DNA of 64,000 nucleotides from Acutalibacteraceae bacterium (GCA_045594685.1 JAZNYZ010000003.1:5670-69669); one strand, 5' to 3'; positions 18,916-27,832 are shown, counted from the stretch's first letter. Numbers and translations: made by a program. Notes: generated by a model from the sequence alone, not told the origin.

Positions 18916-19548
18916 ATGCAGGTAGAAAAAATAAATGAATTAATTCAAGCGTTAATTAACTATCTAAATGGAAATTCAACCCCATCAACTAATTGGATAG
19001 CGTTGATTTTACCTTTTATAGGAACTATTTTAGGTGCGGGTATTACCTTGTTAACGGCACAAATTTCTAATTCTAAAAATAAAAAAGAAAAAAGAAGTGC
19101 TGAGATTAAGCGTGAGCTAAATGAATTTTATAATCCGTTGTTGTTTCTCTTCAAAAAGGATACGGCTTTTTTTGACATTTTTAATTTAGATGCCAAAGAG
19201 GCGGCACGTAACTCAGGAGAGGAATACAGAACATTGGATTTTTTAATATCCAGAAAACACAAATTGTCGACTTTTTCTGAGACGGATGAATATTTACTCA
19301 AAGAAATTCTTGTTATAAATTCGCAAATTTCTGATTTAATAGTTAAGAATATGGGATTAATAGATAAAGATTTATCTCAACCATTAGTTGAATTATCAAG
19401 ACACTATGAATTACTTCGTTTGGCAGAACAAGGGAAAATAGAGAATGTAGAAGAATATAAGAAATATGTTTATCCAATAGATATAAAAGAAAAAGTGCAA
19501 TGTAAAGTTGATGAATTATATGAAGAATTAAGAGAATTGGATATATAG
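18916..19548 (+). CDS. Single-pass membrane protein, unknown function
   Basis: TM segment WIALILPFIGTILGAGITLLTAQI followed by a helical/coiled C-terminal region. Start uncertain (GTG 18904 or ATG 18916). Confidence 0.5.
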   Translation: MQVEKINELIQALINYLNGNSTPSTNWIALILPFIGTILGAGITLLTAQISNSKNKKEKRSAEIKRELNEFYNPLLFLFKKDTAFFDIFNLDAKEAARNSGEEYRTLDFLISRKHKLSTFSETDEYLLKEILVINSQISDLIVKNMGLIDKDLSQPLVELSRHYELLRLAEQGKIENVEEYKKYVYPIDIKEKVQCKVDELYEELRELDI

Positions 19549-19599
19549 AGAATTGATTAAAAGCAAGAGTTATCCCATGTAGGATATATATTCTGGTAA

Positions 19600-19818
19600 A
19601 GGAAAAATGGTGACCAAACATTAACCAAAGGAAATCTTGCCATAAAAAATGCAACAAAAGACTGTAAGAAAATACATCTCTTTGTTAACTTTTCGCCTAA
19701 GGAGTATTATTACCAAAGTGTTTTTGAATTTGTAGACTACACCTATGAATATGGAAAAGATGGAGATGGAAATGTTCGCAAGGAATATAAGTTTAGATTG
19801 AGGAAGGTACAAGAATGA
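19600..19818 (+). pseudogene. Start-less 3' remnant of an upstream gene, stop overlapping the NUDIX start
   Basis: 72 sense codons (...FSPKEYYYQSVFEFVDYTYEYGKDGDGNVRKEYKFRLRKVQE) with no ATG or GTG and only a terminal TTG. It ends in an ATGA overlap with the ATG at 19815. Confidence 0.35.
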
Positions 19819-20246
19819 ATGATCTTGTAGAAGTTGTAGCAGCACTTATATGGGATAAGGATAAATTTATGATATGTCAGCGACCTGCGACAAAGTCGTG
19901 TGCTTTGTTGTGGGAGTTTGTTGGTGGCAAGGTTGAACCAGGGGAGACAAAAGAACAAGCACTCATACGTGAGTGCCGTGAAGAGTTGAATATTACACTT
20001 TCTGTTGGTGATGTCTTCACTGAAGTTGTTTATGAGTACCCCGATATCACCGTGCATTTAACATTGTTTAATGCAGAAATATCCGAAGGCGTTCCTGAAC
20101 TCTTGGAGCACAATGACCTGAAATGGATAACTCCATCCGAAATCCCAAACTACAATTTCTGTCCTGCAGATAAGGATATTTTGAAGGAAATAATAGATTT
20201 ATGGCAAAATTTAATTGAGACAAATACTAAGGAGAGCAAATGGTAA
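19815..20246 (+). CDS. NUDIX hydrolase (MutT-like (d)NTP pyrophosphohydrolase)
   Basis: NUDIX box GGKVEPGETKEQALIRECREELNI. Confidence 0.85.
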   Translation: MNDLVEVVAALIWDKDKFMICQRPATKSCALLWEFVGGKVEPGETKEQALIRECREELNITLSVGDVFTEVVYEYPDITVHLTLFNAEISEGVPELLEHNDLKWITPSEIPNYNFCPADKDILKEIIDLWQNLIETNTKESKW

Positions 20247-21412
20247 GTAACGAAGAAAAAAAGAATCTTCTTGAAAAATATATACCGATTTGTTTTGAAT
20301 CGCAGGATGATACTGAGTTTAATTTAAAATTACATCAACTACTGCTTTCTGATACTAATGGTGGTAAGTTATATAAATACCGAACTTTTGATAAAAAAGG
20401 ATGGTCTTTGAAAAGTCTAAAATCACAAACTTTACACTGTTCTTCGCCAAAAGTATTTAACGATCCATTCGAATGTAAGTTGGGAATGGATTTTAATTCA
20501 ATTACCACAGATATGTACGAAAGGGAGTTTGACATAGTTGGTGATTTGATGTGTAAAGCCATAGAAGTAATAGATGGGCTAAAGGTTTTAACAGATTTTA
20601 ATAAAGACGAACAAGAGATAATACACGCTTTGGTTAATGGTTCATTTGGAATATTTTATAAAGAGCATTCAGACACTGTTTTTAATGAAGATGATTTAAA
20701 AAAACTGCTTTTAGATAATTTTGTAGTTATAAAAGATGTAATAGAAATCGTAGCAAACAACAGTAAAAACGGAGATTATTTGCACACTTCTATGAAAATG
20801 ATGGAGATCATTACAAAAAATATGGATGAGCAGGGTCGATTACAATTATTGGATGAAAAATTAACGTTCGCTGATTTTGCTCAAAGTAATGGTGTAGACG
20901 AAGATGTAGATGAAATGCAATTAGCAAGTTTGATATATCAAAAAAAGTTTCCTGAAAAAGCGGATGAAGCAAAAGAGAGTGAAGCTAAACTAGCAGAAAT
21001 AGGTGGAAAAGTCATAAATATGCTACTAGACTTGTTTTATGTTGGATGTTTGTGTACAGATAATAAAAATCGGTTGATGTGGTCACATTATGCCGATAAT
21101 CACAAAGGGTTTTGCGTAGAGTATGACTATAGCTCATATGGTTGTAAGGATGATGAAACTTTACCATTTCCTGTGATTTATTCTGCCAAAAGAGTGAAAG
21201 TTCCATGGAAACCAGCACTTGAAAAAACTCCTGAAAATCTTGATGATGCTACTGGAAAACTTGCATTAGCACTTTTAACCAAGGATTCTGCATGGCAATA
21301 TGAAAATGAGTGGCGAGTTCTAGTGAAGGCTGGAGAACCCCAAGATATCAAATGTGCTCCAATTACCTGCATATATTTAGGTGCTATGTGTTCAGAAAAA
21401 AACAAAAAGTAA
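20240..21412 (+). CDS. DUF2971 family protein (C-terminally truncated by an in-frame TAA?)
   Basis: LYKYRTF...VFNDPFEC, MWSHYADNHKGFCVEYD and DSAWQYENEWRV match DUF2971 signature blocks as I recall them. 7-nt overlap with the NUDIX gene. Confidence 0.7.
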   Translation: MVSNEEKKNLLEKYIPICFESQDDTEFNLKLHQLLLSDTNGGKLYKYRTFDKKGWSLKSLKSQTLHCSSPKVFNDPFECKLGMDFNSITTDMYEREFDIVGDLMCKAIEVIDGLKVLTDFNKDEQEIIHALVNGSFGIFYKEHSDTVFNEDDLKKLLLDNFVVIKDVIEIVANNSKNGDYLHTSMKMMEIITKNMDEQGRLQLLDEKLTFADFAQSNGVDEDVDEMQLASLIYQKKFPEKADEAKESEAKLAEIGGKVINMLLDLFYVGCLCTDNKNRLMWSHYADNHKGFCVEYDYSSYGCKDDETLPFPVIYSAKRVKVPWKPALEKTPENLDDATGKLALALLTKDSAWQYENEWRVLVKAGEPQDIKCAPITCIYLGAMCSEKNKK

Positions 21413-21518
21413 ATAATGAAAATTGCTAAAAAAATCAAAGTTCCAGTTAAACAAATGGTTATGGATCGTGGAGAGTATGAATTACATGTTCAAGAGATTA
21501 CATAATATTTTTTAAAAA

Positions 21519-21635
21519 TAATTCACTGGACTTCTCAAAATTTTTGTGGTATATGTTTGTGTTGCATGAAGGGAGTGCAACATATGAGAATGATTGAAGA
21601 ATTGTTTTATGGCAACATATGCCCGTGTGAGAAGA
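21519..21635 (+). repeat. Direct repeat copy B
   Basis: See copy A. This copy contains the promoter-like region and the 5' end of the intact gene 21584-21862. Confidence 0.9.
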
Positions 21636-21862
21636 GTTTGACTCGTGGTAGTGAGTATTCACATCTGTTGAATTTGGCGGTGAAGAATGAGGAAAAGTTT
21701 TCTGCACTACTATCACCACAACAGAAAGAGATGTTTGAGAAAGTCAAAGATTGTATGACTGATATGAACAATCTCTTGGAAAAGGAAGCGTTTATTGACG
21801 GGTTCAGATTGGGTATTAAACTCATAGCAGAAGCGGTATATGATAAGTCCCGTGACATATGA
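21584..21862 (+). CDS. Small helical protein (MRMIEELFYGNI... family common next to XRE regulators in Clostridia)
   Basis: ATG 21584 lies after the RBS gaagggag, which sits in the loop of a 6-bp hairpin (21561-21581). The listed start at 21557 lacks an RBS. Confidence 0.6.
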   Translation: MRMIEELFYGNICPCEKSLTRGSEYSHLLNLAVKNEEKFSALLSPQQKEMFEKVKDCMTDMNNLLEKEAFIDGFRLGIKLIAEAVYDKSRDI

Positions 21863-21914
21863 TTTAGATAATTATGCCTTATTACGAGGTGTAAGCCGTT
21901 TTTTCAGAGATAAA

Positions 21915-21946
21915 GCGAGGGTGGGGTGTTTAGTCCCTGCCCTCGC
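21915..21946. terminator. Bidirectional hairpin terminator; member of a repeated hairpin family
   Basis: gcgagggtgggg / ccctgccctcgc stem between convergent genes. A near-identical hairpin occurs at 24492-24521. Confidence 0.6.
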
Positions 21947-21955
21947 TTTGCGTGT

Positions 21956-22558
21956 TTATTCACTCCAACCCATTTCGTCGTCGGTGATGCCAAGTTTTCT
22001 GCATTCGTTGCAGACATACTCTTTTTCGTCTTTGTTGCCGATGGTATATTTTAATATTTTATCACGGAAGACGATGAGTTTCGTTTTACCTGATTTGAAA
22101 TCAACAAACCAACTACCATTTTTCATAACCTTTGAGAGTTTTTGTGGTAGTGCAACATCCTCTGATGTGAAGAAAAGCACAGTCCAATATTTCGGTGTTC
22201 CACCTGTATCCCAAAGTTCAATTTTATTAACGGAAATACAGTCAATAACACTGTCATCTTCCAAGCTTTCTTTTATAAGTACTCCCTCGAAAACTTGTTT
22301 TGTTGCTTTTGTGATGGTATTTTTACCGCAATGATGAACTTCCTTTACAGTATCTATTTCGAATTCATCACGAAGTAAAACATCTGTGCTTACGCCAAAA
22401 GTTTCACTCAATATAATTAGTTTTTCGATTTCGGGTAGTGCAATATCCGCTTCCCATTTGGATACAGATTGTCTGCTTACACCACAAATCTCCGCAAGTT
22501 CTTCTTGGCTTAAATGCTTTTCTTTCCTTAAATGTTGGATTTTATCAGATAGCTTCAT
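21956..22558 (-). CDS. XRE-family HTH regulator with a C-terminal domain of unknown function
   Basis: MKLSDKIQHLRKEKHLSQEELAEICGVSRQSVSKWE HTH. Start at 22558 behind ggtgagg; the listed start at 22612 runs into the upstream gene. Confidence 0.8.
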   Translation of the reverse strand: MKLSDKIQHLRKEKHLSQEELAEICGVSRQSVSKWEADIALPEIEKLIILSETFGVSTDVLLRDEFEIDTVKEVHHCGKNTITKATKQVFEGVLIKESLEDDSVIDCISVNKIELWDTGGTPKYWTVLFFTSEDVALPQKLSKVMKNGSWFVDFKSGKTKLIVFRDKILKYTIGNKDEKEYVCNECRKLGITDDEMGWSE

Positions 22559-22580
22559 AACCTCACCACTTTCTGAGAAT

Positions 22581-22588
22581 ATTATACA
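22581..22588 (-). promoter_or_regulatory. Extended -10 (TGTATAAT) promoter for the XRE gene
   Basis: Minus-strand tgtataat lies about 25 nt upstream of the ATG. TTCAAA sits 17 nt further upstream. Confidence 0.4.
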
Positions 22589-22592
22589 CCTT

Positions 22593-23147
22593 TTATTCTG
22601 CAATTTGAACATCGTCGCCCGTAAAAATTATGGCTTGATTATCTTTCAAACGAACCATTTTCATCTTTTGAAAGTTGTGTTTTCCTGCAGGAGTGCTATT
22701 TTTACAATGGACATCAATTTTGCAAGGGAACCACGGAATACCTTTTTTGAAATCAGGTCCGCAAATGCAACTGCCTGCACTTACACCCACATACATACCA
22801 TCATTCAATACATATTCCTGAATTAAATCAATGAAATTAACTTTTCTCATGTGCTTAATAAGATGATTACAGTCACCACCGCAAACATACACAACATCGT
22901 ATGATTTTAACTGTTCATAGGACAGCATATAATCTAAATCATATATAGTGATATTTTCTTTTGTGAAACCTGCATTCAGCAAATCATTCATACATTTTGG
23001 AAGTACTGCTTTAGCATCTTCATCAATGGCAGCAGTAGGAATCCACAGGGCTTTTGCTTTTTGGGCAGGTTTGCCAACCATCTCTAAAAATATTTTCTCA
23101 ATGTTTGGATTCTCAAATCCTGCAGAAGTTAGAATAATTCTTTTCAT
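22593..23147 (-). CDS. Peptidase S51 (peptidase E) / class I glutamine-amidotransferase-like protein
   Basis: MKRIILTSAGF...ALWIPTAA...VYVCGGD...YVGVSAGS pattern of S51 dipeptidases. Start at 23147 behind gaaaggtg. Confidence 0.65.
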   Translation of the reverse strand: MKRIILTSAGFENPNIEKIFLEMVGKPAQKAKALWIPTAAIDEDAKAVLPKCMNDLLNAGFTKENITIYDLDYMLSYEQLKSYDVVYVCGGDCNHLIKHMRKVNFIDLIQEYVLNDGMYVGVSAGSCICGPDFKKGIPWFPCKIDVHCKNSTPAGKHNFQKMKMVRLKDNQAIIFTGDDVQIAE

Positions 23148-23240
23148 AATAAAAACACCTTTCGAATTTTGATTAAATACTATCAAAACCGAAAGGTGTT
23201 TTCTACCAACTAAGAGGTTACTTGATGCAACCTGTGGGTG

Positions 23241-24329
23241 CTATTCTAATATATTTATAATCGCCTTGAAATCTTCTGTTTGCTTGAATTCAGCTGAAAG
23301 GGGATATTTGTTTAATAAATTGTTTTTCATTCTTTCGCACATGGTTTTGCCGAATTTGGTTTTCTTGTAAACTGCACCGTCCAAAAGCATTGAATTATGT
23401 GTGTTTTCATCAGGCAATCCATCGTGCTTTTTGGCAAGCTCTGCACATTTTCTTAAATATTCAAGGCATTTGTCAGTGTTACCATTTTCAAAATATAAAC
23501 GCCCTAAATCACCGAGTAAGAATATTACGGATCGATAACAAGAACCATAGTTGCCATCATCATAAACAGTATTTAACACACCAAGGCATTTTTCCATTGC
23601 TGCTATCTGGTATTCAACAGAAAAGCTTTTCTTGTAAAACAGCAAGTTGCTTATGGTGCTCATAAACAAAAGCATTTCATTATCAAGTGCAGTTTTACAG
23701 GCTGAGTAATGCTCATCATCGGGCAGATTTATAACGGTTTCAAGATATTCTCTGCTGTCAATCATACATGGCATTTCTTTTGCGATTTCAAGCATTTTTT
23801 CGGTGTATTTATCTTTGCCTGTTTTGTGGCTTAAGGTGTTGTAATACATACAAATACGGCGTTTTATCCATATCCGAATTTTATCATCGGTGCAACCGTT
23901 TAAGAGCCTGGTGTAGAGCTTCTCTACCTCATCAAGTATTTCTTCGCTGTCGCAATCTCTTGCGGATTTTATCATAATTAGCATATCGAGATAACGGGCG
24001 AGTAAGCGGAACTCTCCCGGGAATTCTTTGATTGCCTGACTCATTTGGTCAAACACATAAGGACTGTCCTTTAGCCTGAGTTCGTCATATAACTTCATAT
24101 ATTGCTGTATTTTTTCTTCCTTTTCATTTGTATCAACACCTAAAAGTTCATCGCAGCTCACACTAAAATACGATGCGATTGACGGTAAAAGGGTGATATC
24201 GGGATAACTTTCTTCACGCTCCCATTTGCTTATGGTTTGAAAAGATACACCAAGAGCTTCAGCAACCTTTTCCTGAGTCAATTCTCTTTTAAGTCGTAAA
24301 TTCTTTATATTCTTACCAATAGAAATCAT
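23241..24329 (-). CDS. XRE HTH plus TPR-like repeat regulator (RRNPP-like architecture)
   Basis: N-terminal HTH LTQEKVAEALGVSFQTISKWE, followed by about 290 aa of helical repeats. ATG 24329 lies 10 nt after AAGGAG. Confidence 0.7.
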   Translation of the reverse strand: MISIGKNIKNLRLKRELTQEKVAEALGVSFQTISKWEREESYPDITLLPSIASYFSVSCDELLGVDTNEKEEKIQQYMKLYDELRLKDSPYVFDQMSQAIKEFPGEFRLLARYLDMLIMIKSARDCDSEEILDEVEKLYTRLLNGCTDDKIRIWIKRRICMYYNTLSHKTGKDKYTEKMLEIAKEMPCMIDSREYLETVINLPDDEHYSACKTALDNEMLLFMSTISNLLFYKKSFSVEYQIAAMEKCLGVLNTVYDDGNYGSCYRSVIFLLGDLGRLYFENGNTDKCLEYLRKCAELAKKHDGLPDENTHNSMLLDGAVYKKTKFGKTMCERMKNNLLNKYPLSAEFKQTEDFKAIINILE

Positions 24330-24491
24330 AGCAATCAAGCTCCTTAATTTTTTAACTACGTAGCTTGATTTTATAATACATTACAGGAGATATAAAAACA
24401 ATAACCTTTTATGCGAATACAATTCTACCAATAGGCGAAAACTCAACCAATCGTATAAATTCCTTTTTGTGCGATTTGAGGCAAGAAAGGA

Positions 24492-24521
24492 CGAGGGTGG
24501 GGATATTAGTCCCTGCCTTCG
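24492..24521. repeat. Second copy of the cgagggtgggg...ccctgcc(t/c)tcg hairpin
   Basis: About 85 percent identical to 21916-21946, but here it is not downstream of any gene. Confidence 0.6.
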
Positions 24522-24573
24522 CTTTTAGCGTTTTGTGGCAGTTGAGGGGGCTTTGTGGGGCTGGAAAGTGTCG

Positions 24574-24605
24574 ATAGTGACGTTAGTGACGTTAGTGACG
24601 ATAGT
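24574..24605 (+). repeat. Tandem 9-bp repeat (a/t)tagtgacg, three units plus a partial
   Basis: atagtgacg ttagtgacg ttagtgacg atagt read directly. Confidence 0.85.
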
Positions 24606-24770
24606 TTTATGGTTGGCAAATATGTCGGCACTTTCGTTCCTGTCGTCCCTGTGTTGTTGGAAAGTCCTATTTATAGTGCTAATGTGAGTTGTTTTACTAT
24701 TGTAAAAATGGTGCTTTTGTTATATGATTTGAGTGTAATAAAATTAATAAAGTTGTGGAGGGGTATATAG

Positions 24771-25679
24771 GTGAATATAAAAATTGATACAACGCTTGAA
24801 CGTGATATTGATTTGCTGATATTTGAAGAATTTATTTCCAACCCTGAATTTGCATCAATTTTTTTGAATGCGGTTGGTATTAGCGATGCTTACACCATTG
24901 AAGCAGCTATTCATTCAAAAATGGATGCAGAATTTGGTGAATCTGATATTGTCTTTATTCTCAACATGAATGGAAAACGTTATGCTTTACATATTGAAGA
25001 TAAAATTGATGCAATAGCTATGCAGAATCAAAATGGTCGTTATCACGATAGAGCTAAAAAGGATATTGCTGCAGGTGAGTATGATGATTACTCGGTTTTG
25101 ATTGTTGCGCCTGAGAAATACCTCGAGGTTAATAAAGAAGCACATAAATATACCAACCAAGTTAAATATGAGCAGTTGCGTGATTATTTTTTAACAAAAG
25201 ATGATATTCGTTCAAAATACAAATTAGCATTGATTGAACGTTCTATTACCGACCAGAAGAATGGTTATCAGTACGAAGCCAATCCAGGTATGGTTGAGTT
25301 TTGTGAAAAAATGAATGACTACCATAAAGATAAATATCCCGGACTTCCGGCGGGGAGTATTGCATGGTGGCGGTATTATCCAACTGTTATGGATGATGTT
25401 ACTATTGTTTTCAAGGCCAATAAAGGCTTTTGTGATTTGCAATTTGGACATACAACAAAAGAAGATTTATTTCCTCGTGTCTGTGAATTCCTTTCAGACC
25501 GTATGAATGTTGTACAGGCAGGTAAATCTGCTTCAATTCGTATCTCAGTAGCACCTATATGGTATGAAAATAAGTTCGAGGATAATCTTGTTGAAGTTGA
25601 TGAAGCGTTGGATGCAATTTATGAATTGTTTCAGTTATCAAAGAAAATAGCTGCAAAAGAGATGCAAGTGAGCAAGTGA
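24771..25679 (+). CDS. PD-(D/E)xK nuclease superfamily protein
   Basis: ESDIVFIL...YALHIEDKIDA fits the D...(D/E)xK core. GTG start 7 nt after ggagggg. Confidence 0.5.
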   Translation: MNIKIDTTLERDIDLLIFEEFISNPEFASIFLNAVGISDAYTIEAAIHSKMDAEFGESDIVFILNMNGKRYALHIEDKIDAIAMQNQNGRYHDRAKKDIAAGEYDDYSVLIVAPEKYLEVNKEAHKYTNQVKYEQLRDYFLTKDDIRSKYKLALIERSITDQKNGYQYEANPGMVEFCEKMNDYHKDKYPGLPAGSIAWWRYYPTVMDDVTIVFKANKGFCDLQFGHTTKEDLFPRVCEFLSDRMNVVQAGKSASIRISVAPIWYENKFEDNLVEVDEALDAIYELFQLSKKIAAKEMQVSK

Positions 25680-25692
25680 AAGGAGCGGAACT

Positions 25693-26613
25693 GTGGACGA
25701 GAAAATCTTGAAAATATTTAAAGATGAAGAGTTGGGTGACCTTGAAGAGTTGCAGGAATTGGCGAGGAAGGCTGATATTCTTTCGAAAAGAATTGCAACA
25801 GGTAAGCCGAAGATCAGCAAGGAAAACAAATATGTTTATGACAGAGCAAAGAAAATTTATTCAAAATTCTGGAGTGAACAGATGGCAGAAACCATAGGCA
25901 AAAAGTCCTTGGCGAATTTTTCAGGCACATCTCCTGTGAGTATGTTATCCGATGGATTACAGTCTGTTGTTATGAATGGCGTGGGAAACCTTATAGAGCA
26001 GGGTGCCATAGGTGATGTGTTGGAAACAACAGTTTTATTAAATGAAGATGCATTTAATGAGATAGCTACCGAATATTCTAAAGAGCATTGCAAAGATGTA
26101 GATGACTTTACCGATGAGGATATAGAGAAAATTATTGATATATTTGCCGATAGATTTCTTGCTGACAGGCTCAATACACTCCAACAGGTATATAAGCTTC
26201 CTGAGATTTTTAACATGCAAAAGGAGCTTTCTGCTGATGAAGATTTCAATGGAAATGTGGCTATTAATTACGATAAGATGGATCACGATAAAAAGATTAA
26301 TCACACCAGAACAAAATTTGGTGCAGCAGTTTCATTGGATGAAATATATGAAAGAGAAGACGATAGTGAATATGGTCTAGGGTTATATGAAGAATCTGTT
26401 GGTGGTGAAAACTCAGAATCAGAGGTTGAAAAAATCTTTTTGAGTGTGCTTGATGATGAGGAAAAGGAGTTGTATTTCTTGCTTAAACAAGGGGATACAC
26501 AACAGGAAATTGCAGAAGTTTTAGGTTATAAAACTCATAGTGCAGTGTCCAAAAAGAAAAAAGTAATGCTTGAGAAAATAAAAAATGAGATAGACAAGCA
26601 GAATAATATATAA
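25693..26613 (+). CDS. Sigma-70 region-4-like HTH protein
   Basis: C-terminal EKELYFLLKQGDTQQEIAEVLGYKTHSAVSKKKKVMLEKI. GTG start after gaaaggag. Confidence 0.55.
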   Translation: MDEKILKIFKDEELGDLEELQELARKADILSKRIATGKPKISKENKYVYDRAKKIYSKFWSEQMAETIGKKSLANFSGTSPVSMLSDGLQSVVMNGVGNLIEQGAIGDVLETTVLLNEDAFNEIATEYSKEHCKDVDDFTDEDIEKIIDIFADRFLADRLNTLQQVYKLPEIFNMQKELSADEDFNGNVAINYDKMDHDKKINHTRTKFGAAVSLDEIYEREDDSEYGLGLYEESVGGENSESEVEKIFLSVLDDEEKELYFLLKQGDTQQEIAEVLGYKTHSAVSKKKKVMLEKIKNEIDKQNNI

Positions 26614-26632
26614 CTGAATACATAGTTAAAAG

Positions 26633-26666
26633 GCTTTCGGAATCACTTCCGAAGGTCTTATTTTTT
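26633..26666 (+). terminator. Intrinsic terminator
   Basis: gctttcggaa / ttccgaaggt stem followed by a T run. Confidence 0.7.
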
Positions 26667-26800
26667 GTTCTTTTTTGCTGATTTTAAAATTTTTAAAAAA
26701 ATTTTTAATTTTTTTGGAACATTTGGCGTTTCTTATGTCGGGGTATATATGAGGGGATTAATTAAAAATCCTCAATTTAATTTAGACAGGAGGTGAAACC

Positions 26801-27832
26801 ATGTTAACCGATAATAAAAAACTCTTTGCAATTGATGCGGACTCTTTGATGAATGCATATATCCCGAAATTAGATTACCGGGTTGAAACTCTCTTACCCC
26901 AGGGCTTAAGTATTTTAGGTGGAGCACCTAAGGTTGGTAAGAGCATGATGGTACTTCATATGTGCGATTGTGTTTCAAAAGGTAATGACTTTTTAGGACT
27001 CAAAACTAATAAGTCAGGGGTGCTGTATATTTCGTTGGAAGACACAGAAAGACGACTGCAGAGCAGACTGTTTGACATAAGTGATGAGGGTGCTGAGAAC
27101 CTGTTTCTCGTAACTGAAACACTTACTTTAGGCACAGGTCTCATAGAACAGCTGACTGATTTCATTACAGAAAATCCGAATGTGAAGTTGATTGTAATAG
27201 ATACATTCCAGCTTGTTCGAGATGCAAATACAGATATGTCGTACAGTAATGACTACAAAGATATGTCCATACTGAAGCATTTCGCTGATGAATTTGGTCT
27301 GTCAATTCTTCTTGTTATGCATCTGAGAAAGCAGAATGACAGCGACCCGTTCAACAGAATTGCAGGAACAACAGGCATCATTGGTGCGGCAGATAATATG
27401 TACATTCTTGATAGAAGCGACAGAGGTGAAGGCAGTGCAAAGCTGAAATGTACAGGCAGAGATATCGAAACTCGTGACATTGAATTAAGGTTCAATAAGG
27501 AAGAATGTAAGTGGGAGTTGGTAGGCGACAGCCTTCAGCAACCCGAATTCTCTTTACCGAAAACTATGTTTGAGTTGGTTGAGTTTATGAAAAATATCAA
27601 ACAGTATGACGGTAGCAATACCTTGTTCTGCGAAATGTTCTGCGAGTTTTCAGGCTCCGATGTTGATGCGAAAAGTCTTAAAAGAATGATGAATAAATAT
27701 CGCCACGAGCTTGAAAATGCGAACGTATTCTTCTCCAGTTACCGCTCCAACGGGAGCAGGTTTTTAGGAATAACGTACTTAGAACCAACAGAGGAAAGTA
27801 CAAAGACAGAGAAAGCATTTGGTGTCACTTGA
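26801..27832 (+). CDS. RecA-fold AAA ATPase (AAA_25/RepA-like)
   Basis: Walker A GGAPKVGKSMM, Walker B LIVIDTFQ. RBS aggaggtg. Confidence 0.7.
   Translation: MLTDNKKLFAIDADSLMNAYIPKLDYRVETLLPQGLSILGGAPKVGKSMMVLHMCDCVSKGNDFLGLKTNKSGVLYISLEDTERRLQSRLFDISDEGAENLFLVTETLTLGTGLIEQLTDFITENPNVKLIVIDTFQLVRDANTDMSYSNDYKDMSILKHFADEFGLSILLVMHLRKQNDSDPFNRIAGTTGIIGAADNMYILDRSDRGEGSAKLKCTGRDIETRDIELRFNKEECKWELVGDSLQQPEFSLPKTMFELVEFMKNIKQYDGSNTLFCEMFCEFSGSDVDAKSLKRMMNKYRHELENANVFFSSYRSNGSRFLGITYLEPTEESTKTEKAFGVT

Noticed and set aside
19745-19801. 18-codon ORF MNMEKMEMEMFARNISLD upstream of the NUDIX gene
   Set aside because: It is too short, has no RBS and is out of frame with the better-supported remnant frame that couples to the NUDIX start.
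21840-22826. Plus-strand ORFs of 164 aa and 146 aa
   Set aside because: Both are antisense to the XRE regulator and S51 peptidase genes. They are Ser/Leu/Phe-rich and lack an RBS.
24574-24605. Possible CRISPR array
   Set aside because: The units are only 9 bp, directly abutting with no spacers. No other repeat-spacer structure was seen in the window.
24555-24770. 71-aa GTG-initiated ORF
   Set aside because: It begins inside the 9-bp tandem repeat, which produces the SDVSDVSD sequence. It has no RBS and a hydrophobic low-complexity remainder. It is probably non-coding leader DNA.
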